A stretch of DNA of 64,000 nucleotides, taken from positions 62,915 through 126,914 of the forward strand of contig FR890371.1 of the NCBI GenBank assembly GCA_000432835.1, read 5' to 3'. The position numbers were made by a program, and so were the translations under genes. Positions 51,401-61,146 of the stretch are shown piece after piece. Numbering within the stretch: the first letter of the stretch is position 1; every line of letters begins with the position of its first letter. Under the pieces are notes generated by a model, which saw only the letters and a list, made by a program, of their open reading frames with translations, was not told where the DNA came from and did not search any database. This stretch comes from Clostridium sp. CAG:417. GTDB lineage: Bacteria; Bacillota_I; Bacilli_A; RF39; UBA660.

Positions 51401-54034
51401 ATGAAATACGTTTATTTATTTAGTGAAGGTAATAAAAATATGAGGGAAATTCTAGGTGGTAAGGGTGCAAACCTTGCCGAAATGACTTCTCTAGGATTGC
51501 CAGTGCCACAAGGTTTTACGGTATCAACTGATGCTTGCCTTAGCTACTATAATAATGGAGAAAAGATAATACCAGAAATTGAGACAGAAATTTTTTCTAA
51601 ATTAGAAGAATTAGAAAAAATTACAGGTAAAAAGTTTGGAGATCTTTCTAATCCACTTTTAGTATCTGTTAGAAGCGGAGCAAGAGTTTCAATGCCTGGA
51701 ATGATGGACACTGTTTTGAATTTAGGAATGAATGATGCTATATGTGATAATTTAGAAAAAACTTTGGATAATCCAAGATTTGCTTTAGATAGTTATCGCA
51801 GATTAATTCAAATGTATAGTGATGTTGTTATGGGCTTTCCTAAGAGTAGTTTTGAAGGAGTTTTTGATAAATTTAAGGAAGATAAGGGCATAACCCTTGA
51901 TACTGAACTTTCAAATGATGATTTAAAAGAAATTATTAGACTTTATAAGAATGAATATTTAAAATTAGCAGGAGATAATTTTCCTAGTGATCCAAGGGTT
52001 CAATTGTTAGAGGCAGTTAAGGCTGTTTTTAGAAGTTGGAATACAGAAAGGGCAATTACTTATCGTAGATTAAATGATATTCCTTCTGATTGGGGAACAG
52101 CAGTTAATGTTCAACAAATGGTTTATGGAAATAGAGACAAAAATTCTGGTACTGGTGTTTGTTTTACAAGGAATCCGGCAACAGGGGACAAAAAGTTGTT
52201 TGGCGAATATCTAATGAATGCTCAAGGAGAAGATGTAGTTGCTGGTATTAGAACACCACAGGATATAAGTACATTAAAAGATGTAATGCCAGAGTGTTAT
52301 GAACAATTTCAAAATATTTGTAATGTGCTTGAAAATCACTATCATGATATGCAAGATATGGAATTTACTATTGAAGATGGTAAACTTTATATGTTACAAA
52401 CTAGAAATGGTAAAAGAACTGCAAAAGCAGCAATTAAGATTGCAGTTGATTTAGTTCATGAAGGACAAATTAGTATAAATGAAGCTTTGATGATGGTTGA
52501 TGCTAAAGACCTTGATCAGTTGTTACATCCTGTTTTTAATGAAGATGATTTAAAAAATAAAGAGGTTATTGCGACTGGTCTTGCGGCATCTCCTGGAGCA
52601 GCTACTGGTAAATTGTATTTTAGTGCGGAAGATGTGTTAAATGCTCATAAGGCAGGGGAAAAAGATATTATTTTAGCGCGTGAAGAAACTTCTCCTGAAG
52701 ATATAGAAGGTATGAATGTAGCACATGGTATTTTAACTGTTAGAGGTGGTATGACATCTCATGCAGCTGTTGTTGCTCGTGGTATGGGAACTACTTGTGT
52801 AAGTGGATGTAGTAGTTTAATTGTTGATAGTAGTAATAAAACTTTACAAACGAGTGATGGTAGAGTTTATCATGAAGGAGACTATTTAAGTCTTGATGGT
52901 ACTAGTGGTAGGGTTTATAGCGGAAAAGTAGAGTTACTTGATGCTAAAATTAGTGGTGAATTTGAAGAGTTTATGAACTGGGCTGATAGCGTTAGAAAGC
53001 TTGAAGTAAGAGCTAATGCAGATAATCCTAGAGATGCGAGAGTAGCTCATAATTTTGGAGCTCAAGGTATAGGACTTTGTCGTACTGAGCATATGTTCTT
53101 TAGTGAAGAGAGAATCTTTAACTTTAGACGTATGATAATTGCGACGACTGAAGAGCAAAGAAAAGAAGCTCTTAGTAAAATTTTACCTTATCAAAGAGAG
53201 GACTTTGAAGGGTTATTTTCTGAGATGAATAATTTACCTGTTATCATTCGTTTCCTTGATCCACCACTTCATGAATTTTTACCACATACGGATAGTGAAA
53301 TGGAAGAATTAGCTAATAGTATGGGAGTAGCGTTTGATGTAATTAAAAATAAAGTTGAGAGTTTAAAGGAATTTAATCCAATGATGGGACACAGAGGATG
53401 TAGACTTGATGTTACTTATCCTGAGATTGCTAGAATGCAAACAAGAGCTGTTATTGAGGCCGCTATTAATGTTACTTTACGAGGATTCAAAGTTATTCCT
53501 GAAATTATGATTCCGCTTATTGGAGATATGAATGAGCTTAAATATGTCAAAAAATTAATTACTGATGAAGCTTCTAAGGTATTTGAAGAAAACAGGATGA
53601 GGATTGATTATAAAGTAGGAACAATGATAGAAATTCCTAGAGCAACACTTATTGCTGATGAGATTGCCAGTGAAGCTGAGTTCTTTAGTTTTGGTACTAA
53701 TGACTTAACTCAACTTACTTATGGTTTCTCTAGAGATGATGCTTCTAAATTCTTGAAGGATTATTATGATAAAAAGATATTCCTACATGATCCTTTCCAA
53801 TCTATAGATGAAGAGGGAGTTGGAAAGTTGGTTGATATTTCTGTTAGAAAATCAAGGACAGTTCGTAGAGACATTGAACTTGGTATTTGTGGAGAACATG
53901 GTGGAGATCCTAAATCTATCGATTTCTGTCATAGGGTAGGACTTAATTATGTTTCTTGTTCTCCTTATAGAGTTCCAGTTGCACGTTTAGCTGCTGCGCA
54001 AGCTGCGATTAGAAATAGTATTGATGTAATATAG
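51401..54034 (+). CDS. ppdK: Pyruvate, phosphate dikinase
   Basis: ATP-grasp N-domain (GGKGANLAEM), central phospho-His domain (GGMTSHAAVVARG) and PEP-utilising C-domain (RTEHMF, GTNDLTQ). The last 12 codons lie in a direct repeat; see the repeat features. Confidence 0.95.
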   Translation: MKYVYLFSEGNKNMREILGGKGANLAEMTSLGLPVPQGFTVSTDACLSYYNNGEKIIPEIETEIFSKLEELEKITGKKFGDLSNPLLVSVRSGARVSMPGMMDTVLNLGMNDAICDNLEKTLDNPRFALDSYRRLIQMYSDVVMGFPKSSFEGVFDKFKEDKGITLDTELSNDDLKEIIRLYKNEYLKLAGDNFPSDPRVQLLEAVKAVFRSWNTERAITYRRLNDIPSDWGTAVNVQQMVYGNRDKNSGTGVCFTRNPATGDKKLFGEYLMNAQGEDVVAGIRTPQDISTLKDVMPECYEQFQNICNVLENHYHDMQDMEFTIEDGKLYMLQTRNGKRTAKAAIKIAVDLVHEGQISINEALMMVDAKDLDQLLHPVFNEDDLKNKEVIATGLAASPGAATGKLYFSAEDVLNAHKAGEKDIILAREETSPEDIEGMNVAHGILTVRGGMTSHAAVVARGMGTTCVSGCSSLIVDSSNKTLQTSDGRVYHEGDYLSLDGTSGRVYSGKVELLDAKISGEFEEFMNWADSVRKLEVRANADNPRDARVAHNFGAQGIGLCRTEHMFFSEERIFNFRRMIIATTEEQRKEALSKILPYQREDFEGLFSEMNNLPVIIRFLDPPLHEFLPHTDSEMEELANSMGVAFDVIKNKVESLKEFNPMMGHRGCRLDVTYPEIARMQTRAVIEAAINVTLRGFKVIPEIMIPLIGDMNELKYVKKLITDEASKVFEENRMRIDYKVGTMIEIPRATLIADEIASEAEFFSFGTNDLTQLTYGFSRDDASKFLKDYYDKKIFLHDPFQSIDEEGVGKLVDISVRKSRTVRRDIELGICGEHGGDPKSIDFCHRVGLNYVSCSPYRVPVARLAAAQAAIRNSIDVI

Positions 54035-54046
54035 AGTAAAAGTAGA
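53999..54046 (+). repeat. Direct repeat copy 1 (48 bp, 47/48 identical to 63326..63373), spanning the last 12 codons and stop of ppdK
   Basis: caaGctgcgattagaaatagtattgatgtaatatagagtaaaagtaga occurs twice. Candidate attL-like junction. Confidence 0.85.
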
Positions 54047-54353
54047 AAAAATAACAAAAATGTTTTTAGGTGGCATAATCATTATGAATGACGATATTAT
54101 AAGGTATAGAATGATATACCTGAATGTAAAAATATAGTCATTAAAAATCACTTATTCCTGATGTTTATATATAATTTTAAGACTGAGATGACTTTTATGT
54201 CGCAAAGCTCAGTCTTTTTATGTGAAAAATATATATGTGCGATAAGTTGTTGGAAAATTAAAAAATGGAATTAATATATACAAAATGTAAGTTAATGAAT
54301 TTATCATAATAATCAAGAATTGATTTGTAAGACGTTTTAGATTTTTAATATAG

Positions 54354-54489
54354 GATGATGTATCAGATAAACTTGGTTTGTTTGGTTATTGTAAAAGAAG
54401 AATAATAGCAAGATATGAAAAAGAAGATAGAATCCCAAAAGATGAAAGATTAATATAAATAGCAAATATTTTAAATGTAAGTTTTAATT
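54354..54489 (+). pseudogene. Fragment of an XRE-family HTH regulator, missing helix 1 and the start codon and carrying an internal stop
   Basis: In-frame translation ...ISDKLGLFGYCKRRIIARYEKEDRIPKDERLI*IANILNVSFN matches the C-terminal half of Cro/C1-type HTH domains (IskwE.G...P....L..iA.il.VS.d). Confidence 0.4.
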
Positions 54490-54909
54490 AAATTAAAAAA
54501 TATGATTATAACAATCTAATAGGCTTAATTTATACTTTAATGTGGTTAAAAGAATTAATTCTCAATTATTATATTAAAGATTTTGATGATGATGAAGCAA
54601 TTATATGTATGGTAGATTCAAATAAGATATCTCCATTTTAAAAAGAATTGAGTCAGTAATTTCTTGTCAAATACTTGGAAGAGATAAAAGATATATTAAA
54701 AAATATATAATTGGAACAATTAAATTATACAATAAAAATAATAGACAAAGTAAACTTTTTACAAAAAATGTGGTATAACATTGTTGATAAAATTTTCGGG
54801 TGAATGATACAATGAAGAAGGAAAATATTCTAAATTTATTTATAGGTAATATTATAAATATTATTATTACTGTCATACCTCCTATTGCAATATTTAGTTT
54901 TTATAATGA

Positions 54910-55038
54910 ATTGGTCGTATTAACTTACTTACATTAGATGAGGAGTTTGAATACTCTAGAAGAACTATCAATAGAGATGAAGAAGCAAAGGGAATGCTTG
55001 CTGAATCAAATTTAAGATTAGTTGTTTCTATTGCTAAA
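54910..55038 (+). pseudogene. 129-bp partial duplicate of rpoD (nt 49818..49946, sigma region 1.2/2.1), about 92% identical, with no start codon
   Basis: 119/129 identical positions by manual alignment. The encoded peptide [43 protein letters not shown] matches the host [43 protein letters not shown]. The two sequences diverge immediately after. Confidence 0.8.
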
Positions 55039-55464
55039 CATAATACGAGAATAGATTATATTGGACATATTGCTGATACTCTTGGAGTATCTTTAGAACA
55101 ATTATTTGCAGAAATATTAAGAAGTTTCGTTTAGAAAAATATAATAAGTTTAATAAGAAAAACTTAAATACATCTATTAATCCATATTCTACTGAGAATA
55201 TTTCTGCATTTTTAGATTATAATCACAATTTTTATAGGAAATTTGAAAGTGATAATGAGATGATACTTTTAGAAAAACTAGTTAAATTATCTATTATTTT
55301 AGATAAAAAATTGAATGATTTTATTAGATAACTAATTGTTAAAAAAGCTTTGACTTTCCAGGAAAAAAATGGTAAGATATGCCTCAAAAAGAGGAGTATC
55401 ATTAATAAATTTAAAATTACAAAAATATTCTTTTTTACATTTTAAATGAAAAGGAGGAAATAAT

Positions 55465-56109
55465 GTGTTTGAAACGGAGGTTAGATTTTATTTTAATAAA
55501 AATGAATCTACAAAAATTATATCTTATTTAAAAAATATAGATTTGCTTTCTTTTGATGGTAGATTTTATGAGGTAACTCAACAATTTGATCATCCAGAAA
55601 TTTCTAAGTCTTTTTATTCATTGCAAGTTGATGGCAGATTTAGAGTTAGATTGTCAAAAGGTGAATTGTTTAGTAAGTTAAAAGTATCATGGAAACAGCG
55701 TTTAAAAAAAGATAGAATTGATAATAAAATTCATAGGGAAAGGGAAGTTGAAATTAATTTAAATCCAAATGAGTATGATAATTTAATGTATATATTGAAT
55801 GAAGTTATTGATATGAAACTTGTAGAGAGTTATGAAAGATATAGGAGTGCTTTTTCTAATAAAGAAGTAGAAATAGTTGTGGATGAGTATCCATTTGCTA
55901 CAGCTATTGAGATTGAAAGCAAAACTGATGACTCTATATCATTAAATTTGTGGATAGACAGATTGGGTTTAAAATTAGAGGATGCTTATAGTTTATCTTG
56001 GGATGATAAATATAATGAATTATGTAAAGAACAAGGGAAAACAGCAACTAAGTTTGTTACATTTGAATCTGATATGCCAGAGTTAAAAAATTGTATTTTT
56101 GGAGAATAA
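55465..56109 (+). CDS. CYTH-like triphosphate tunnel metalloenzyme (class IV adenylyl cyclase/triphosphatase fold)
   Basis: N-terminal ExExR (FETEVRF), an R-rich strand (GRFRVRLSKGE), REREVEINL, and a C-terminal ATAIEIESK acidic strand, matching the CYTH motif pattern. GGAGG RBS. Confidence 0.5.
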   Translation: MFETEVRFYFNKNESTKIISYLKNIDLLSFDGRFYEVTQQFDHPEISKSFYSLQVDGRFRVRLSKGELFSKLKVSWKQRLKKDRIDNKIHREREVEINLNPNEYDNLMYILNEVIDMKLVESYERYRSAFSNKEVEIVVDEYPFATAIEIESKTDDSISLNLWIDRLGLKLEDAYSLSWDDKYNELCKEQGKTATKFVTFESDMPELKNCIFGE

Positions 56110-56110
56110 A

Positions 56111-56980
56111 ATGGAAAGTATAAAGAAAATTGAAAATGGTAATCTTAATGATGTATATAAATTAGTTCTAAATAATAAAAAGTATATTTTAAGAGTGACA
56201 AAATTTAATAATGATTGTGAGATAAATACATTGCTAATTTTAAAAAAATATAATTTAAATGTGCCAAATCTGTTAGCTCATTTTAGTGTTTATAATAAAA
56301 ATGTAATGTTATTAGATTATATTGAAGGGAGTAATCCTCTGAAAATTGATACTAAATTTATTACTGAACTTTTAAAACAGTTAAAAAAACTTCATAATAT
56401 TCCATATGAACATTTGGAAGAAAAATCAATAAATACAATAGAAAATTTTGAAAGATTGAGTGAATATTATGTTGTAAGCAAAGAATCAAATTTTTTAAAG
56501 CAAAAAATTCATTTAATTAATTCTATTTTGGAAGATGTTAGAGATATACCTTTTGATAAAATACCAAAATGCATAGTACATTCTGACATAAAAAAAGAGA
56601 ATGTGCTAGTAAATAATAATATTGTTTACATAATTGATTTTGGAAATAGTTATATAGGAAATAGGCTAATAGATTTAGTTAGAATAATTATGTGGTTTTT
56701 TTTGAAAGAAAATGATTTTAATATTGACGAAATAGAAAACAGTTTTAAAGTATATTTTGAAAATAATCATCTTATTGATTTAGAATATAATAATCTTAGT
56801 AAAATAATAAAATTTTGTGTTATTTATAATTTAATTAAAGATGTTTATTTATTTGAAAAAGGATTCTTATCTGAAAATTATGTTGTTAAAAATGATACAA
56901 AATGGTTAAATGCATTGGAAAATGAACAATTATTAGAGAAAGTAAAGGAGGCTTTAAATAATGCTAGTAGATATTCATAA
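56111..56980 (+). CDS. APH/choline-kinase-like small-molecule phosphotransferase (protein-kinase-like fold)
   Basis: Gly-rich loop region (GNLNDVYKL), catalytic VHSDIKKENVL (HxDxxxxN) and IIDFGNS (DFG-like). Confidence 0.6.
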   Translation: MESIKKIENGNLNDVYKLVLNNKKYILRVTKFNNDCEINTLLILKKYNLNVPNLLAHFSVYNKNVMLLDYIEGSNPLKIDTKFITELLKQLKKLHNIPYEHLEEKSINTIENFERLSEYYVVSKESNFLKQKIHLINSILEDVRDIPFDKIPKCIVHSDIKKENVLVNNNIVYIIDFGNSYIGNRLIDLVRIIMWFFLKENDFNIDEIENSFKVYFENNHLIDLEYNNLSKIIKFCVIYNLIKDVYLFEKGFLSENYVVKNDTKWLNALENEQLLEKVKEALNNASRYS

Positions 56981-57752
56981 AAATAAAGATTTAAGGAATA
57001 TAGAGGTTAATAATATAGGAATTTGTGATTATAAATTGCCAATAATATTTAAAAATAAGAGCAATATTTTTCCTACTATTGCAACTATTACTTCTACAGT
57101 AGTTTTAGATAGGAACCTAAAAGGCGCTCACTTAAGTAGAATTTCTGAGGTTATTAATGATTCATTAATAAACAAAAACATTTCATTGGGTGATATTAAT
57201 GATATAACTAAAGAAGTTGCAGAAAGATCAGAAACTAAAGGTGCTAATTTAATATTATCATTCGATTTAATTAACAAAAGATTAACACCTGTATCTAAAA
57301 AGGATTCTTATTTATCTTCTAAAATTACAATAATTAGTGATATTTTTGATAAAAGTGTTAGCAATAAATTGATTGTAGAGACTGTTGGTACAATGCTTTG
57401 TCCATGTTCAAAAGCAATTTCTAAGTATGGTGCACATAATCAAATATGTAATTTAAAAGTTTCGTTAACAGGTAATATTGAAAGTATAGATGTTGAAAAA
57501 ATTATTGATATTATGGAACAACAATTTAGTTCACCTGTTTATAGTACTGTTAAAAGAGAAGATGAAAAATACATTACTGAAAAGGCTTATGAAAATCCTA
57601 AGTTTTCAGAAGACTTGATTAGAGATACTATAATAGCTATTCATAATTATTATTCTGCTTGCGATATAAGGGTAGAATTAGTCAACAATGAATCAATTCA
57701 TCAACATAATGTTTATGCAATGGGAGAACAAAATGCTGATTTTAACTCATAA
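56961..57752 (+). CDS. folE2: GTP cyclohydrolase FolE2/MptA family (GCYH-IB)
   Basis: KGAHLSRISE (the ..H.SRF motif), CPCSKAIS...GAHNQ and C-terminal NESIHQHNVYA (ESIHNHSAYA-like), diagnostic of FolE2/MptA. AAGGAGG RBS. Confidence 0.7.
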   Translation: MLVDIHKNKDLRNIEVNNIGICDYKLPIIFKNKSNIFPTIATITSTVVLDRNLKGAHLSRISEVINDSLINKNISLGDINDITKEVAERSETKGANLILSFDLINKRLTPVSKKDSYLSSKITIISDIFDKSVSNKLIVETVGTMLCPCSKAISKYGAHNQICNLKVSLTGNIESIDVEKIIDIMEQQFSSPVYSTVKREDEKYITEKAYENPKFSEDLIRDTIIAIHNYYSACDIRVELVNNESIHQHNVYAMGEQNADFNS

Positions 57753-58581
57753 AGAATTGTATGATAGATATTTAATCAATGTTGGTGATGACTCTAAAAA
57801 GGAAATTAAATCTATATTAACGGCTATGGAAAAACATGGCTATTCTAGTTTGATAAAACAAAAAATTAACATGAATGAAGAAACATTTTATTATTTATAT
57901 TCTTTGTTAATAAAATTAAAAGAAATATTTGATACAAGATATAACAATAGAAATGATTTAGAAATCTTTTTTGATTATGTATTACAAGGTATCGATAGTA
58001 TTCCAATTAACTTTTATGCTATTTTTTGTCCTGGTTATAATGATGATGGATACAAAGATAGGCTAGGTAAAACTACTACTACTAAAATACAAAAACTTTT
58101 TCAAATGAAACAATTATTAGATAAGGAGAATGTTTTACATAATATTCATTGTTTATATGCAGATATTTTTTTAGAGAATTGTGATGAACTTAAAAATCCA
58201 AATTGGGAAAAGGAATTAGAGGTTAATAAAAATCTATTTAAGGAATATGCCATTAAATATTTAGAATGTGCAGATATTGGTTTTTTATCAAGTTATTTTT
58301 CTGATAGTAAATATCAGAGAGGCTTTGTTGATTCTAGTATTATTAATGGTAATAATTATGAGTCATTTAGAAAATATAATAATAATTTTTATATGAAAAT
58401 GGGCTGGGATGATGCTAAAACAAAAGAACGTAATGATAAGTTATATACAATTTATAATATAATTGCTGAATATATTATCAATACAAAATCAAATGGTGTT
58501 TATTTACCGATGGAGAATATGTATGCACGAACTAAAGTGTTTACTAAGAAAAAAGTGAGTTCAATGTATTTTAAATTGTAG
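57733..58581 (+). CDS. Hypothetical protein (283 aa), unique to this operon
   Basis: Start at the ATG after GGGAGAA, overlapping folE2 by 20 nt (translationally coupled). No recognisable motif. Confidence 0.4.
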   Translation: MLILTHKELYDRYLINVGDDSKKEIKSILTAMEKHGYSSLIKQKINMNEETFYYLYSLLIKLKEIFDTRYNNRNDLEIFFDYVLQGIDSIPINFYAIFCPGYNDDGYKDRLGKTTTTKIQKLFQMKQLLDKENVLHNIHCLYADIFLENCDELKNPNWEKELEVNKNLFKEYAIKYLECADIGFLSSYFSDSKYQRGFVDSSIINGNNYESFRKYNNNFYMKMGWDDAKTKERNDKLYTIYNIIAEYIINTKSNGVYLPMENMYARTKVFTKKKVSSMYFKL

Positions 58582-58591
58582 AGGAGTAAAT

Positions 58592-60604
58592 ATGAATTAT
58601 AAAGAAAAAGGTAATCTGTTTTGTAAAGAAATAAATCAATTATTGGCAAATAAAAATGAATACTATGCTTTGGTTACTGGAGGTGGATTTGCTTATGATT
58701 CTGTAAAGTATTCGGATACTATACAGGGTGATTATGATTTTATGATAGTATATAAGGATGTTGAGCAATTAAATTCTTTAATAGAAGAATTAGAAAAAAT
58801 TCCATTTGATTTTGAAAAGAAATATTTAGTTTCTGATTTACATTTATTAAAAAGTAAAGTAATAGATATCATAAGATTAAGTGGTAAATATCGTGGTACC
58901 AAGAGTACTATTAACTTAGTAAACATAGAGTTAATTAAAAGAATAGCAAATTTGGAAACAAGAATGTCTTTAAAGAAAATTGCTCATAATAGAAATACTG
59001 GTCTGTTTTTTGCATATGGTTCTGATAATAGCAGAATAATTGTAAACTTTTTATCACCATCATTTGTTAGTAATGATGGTGAAGATCACTATATTCATTT
59101 AGATTTTTCTAATATTATTGTAGATAATAATATTTATTTTGGTATATTAGCAGATGCTATTTTAAAGGGTTTTAATAGTAATTATGATAATGTAGGCTTT
59201 AAGAAAGTACGTCAAAAGATGATAAAAAATATTAATAACTTTTTTAAAAATAATAAAATCGATAATAGTAATTATCTAAACTTGTATGCTAACAATATAT
59301 ATTTTCCAGAAAGTTTAAAAAGACAATTACTTGAAGAATTCAATAAATATGGTAAAAATGTTTTTGCAGAAAAAAATACTATATCTAATACAAAATATCC
59401 AATTATTTTTGCTGTTGATAATCCAATTAATAGAAAAATGAATCCATTTAATTTTATAAATAATAAAAGTTACAGATGTTCTTTTGATGATTATATTAAT
59501 GAAATGCAAAAAAATGAATATGATAGACAATATTTGCTAGACGCATTAGCTAAATTGTTTGGATATGTTGCTTTTTCGAATAGTAAATTAGAGGGTGATA
59601 ATTATATAGAAAATATCATATCTAAATTCAGTGTATATGGTAATAATGATTTGTATTTTGAAGGAATTGAAAAATATTCTGTTAATACTATTTTTGGTTC
59701 ATTTATTAATGATTTAAAAGTAAATAGATTTAAATATAACCCTATTTTATATAAAAATTATTTGCTAATGTTGTTAAGTTTTTTGTCATTTTATAATAAT
59801 AAGAATATTTTTGATATGTCCTTAAAATATGAAGTTAATGTTCAAAAATTGGTTAAACCTGAATTAGATAATACTAAAATGAATAGTAAAGTAATATTGA
59901 AGTTGTTTAATTTTGATGATATAGGTATGTATCATAATTATACATCAAAGGTTATGCCTGGATATACACAAACTGAATGTGATTTTTTAGAAAAAGTATT
60001 TATAGATAAAAAAGAGCCTGTTTTAGATATTATGTGTGGATATGGAAGAATAGCTAATGAATTAGTTAAAAGAAATTATAAAAATGTGTATGGCGTTGAT
60101 TTTTCTGGTTATTCTTTTTTGAATGTAGATAAGAATTTTATTTTTTCTAAAGATGATTTCTTTCATTATCGACCAGGTATATTATTTAAATATTTATATA
60201 GCTTATATAATTGTTATGAAAATAAGGAATATTTGAGAAAAGTAATCAATAAAATGGCAGAATTGTCTGCTGATAATGCTCTTGCTATTTTAGATGTTTT
60301 TAACAAAGAATGGCGAGATAAAATAGATCCTGAATTTTATAAATTGCTTTTTGATAGTTCTCCTGTAAAATTAGAAATTAGTAGGCATTATGATGATACA
60401 ACAGGCGTTGAAACAACTAAATATTTAAAAACAATGTCTGATAATGAACAAGAAGAATATAGTTTTTCTCAAAAGTTTTTTACACAGACTGAGATAGAGG
60501 AGTCTATAGATTATAAAAAATGGAATATAGATTTTTTTACATCTGCTGAGGTTGGATCAAGAAATAATAATCAGAAAAGAATTTTGGTTTTAAGGAGGCG
60601 ATAA
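58592..60604 (+). CDS. Two-domain protein: N-terminal nucleotidyltransferase (pol-beta-like) fold plus C-terminal class I SAM-dependent methyltransferase
   Basis: N-terminal LVTGGGFAYDSVKYSDTIQGDYDFMIV fits hG[GS]x(9-14)DhDh. C-terminal VLDIMCGYGRIANEL...VYGVDFS is SAM-MTase motif I plus the post-I acidic residue. Confidence 0.5.
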   Translation: MNYKEKGNLFCKEINQLLANKNEYYALVTGGGFAYDSVKYSDTIQGDYDFMIVYKDVEQLNSLIEELEKIPFDFEKKYLVSDLHLLKSKVIDIIRLSGKYRGTKSTINLVNIELIKRIANLETRMSLKKIAHNRNTGLFFAYGSDNSRIIVNFLSPSFVSNDGEDHYIHLDFSNIIVDNNIYFGILADAILKGFNSNYDNVGFKKVRQKMIKNINNFFKNNKIDNSNYLNLYANNIYFPESLKRQLLEEFNKYGKNVFAEKNTISNTKYPIIFAVDNPINRKMNPFNFINNKSYRCSFDDYINEMQKNEYDRQYLLDALAKLFGYVAFSNSKLEGDNYIENIISKFSVYGNNDLYFEGIEKYSVNTIFGSFINDLKVNRFKYNPILYKNYLLMLLSFLSFYNNKNIFDMSLKYEVNVQKLVKPELDNTKMNSKVILKLFNFDDIGMYHNYTSKVMPGYTQTECDFLEKVFIDKKEPVLDIMCGYGRIANELVKRNYKNVYGVDFSGYSFLNVDKNFIFSKDDFFHYRPGILFKYLYSLYNCYENKEYLRKVINKMAELSADNALAILDVFNKEWRDKIDPEFYKLLFDSSPVKLEISRHYDDTTGVETTKYLKTMSDNEQEEYSFSQKFFTQTEIEESIDYKKWNIDFFTSAEVGSRNNNQKRILVLRRR

Positions 60605-60606
60605 AT

Positions 60607-61143
60607 ATGTCAATTATAGCAATTGAAGGAAGTAACTGTAGTGGAAAGTCAACATTGATAGATTATTTAGTTAAATATTATAATTTTAAATCTTCAAAAT
60701 CAGTACCTGAGTGGTTTAGACCATATATACCTTTTGCAAGAGAATTACAACCTCAAATACAACGAAAAATATATGAGATAGGACATATTGCAGCGTACTA
60801 TGATGCACTAAAAGAAAAAAAATGTACTATTTTTGACCGTTGTTACTTTTCAACATATATTCGATTATCATATCAAGAAAGTAAAACTGTAAATGAGTGT
60901 GTAGATCAAATTGCTTCTTTTCACTATAAGCCTGATTTAATAATTGTTCTAACTGTTCCTAAAGAAATTATGGAGCAGAGGTTGGTAGAAAGGAATAAAC
61001 AGTTTAATCAGGATTTTTTTGAATATGAAAATTCTGTTTATTTACAATTATCACTCAAATATGATAACATTATATTAGTTGATAATAGTAAAAATATAAA
61101 ATTTTGTACGAATGAAATATTGAGAAAAATAAAAGGGAGATAA
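60607..61143 (+). CDS. Deoxynucleoside-kinase/thymidylate-kinase-like P-loop nucleoside (nucleotide) kinase
   Basis: IAIEGSNCSGKST P-loop in the dNK context (I.IEG..G.GKST), FDRCYFS (DR/ERS motif), and a lid/base-binding region. Confidence 0.6.
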   Translation: MSIIAIEGSNCSGKSTLIDYLVKYYNFKSSKSVPEWFRPYIPFARELQPQIQRKIYEIGHIAAYYDALKEKKCTIFDRCYFSTYIRLSYQESKTVNECVDQIASFHYKPDLIIVLTVPKEIMEQRLVERNKQFNQDFFEYENSVYLQLSLKYDNIILVDNSKNIKFCTNEILRKIKGR

Positions 61144-61146
61144 GTT

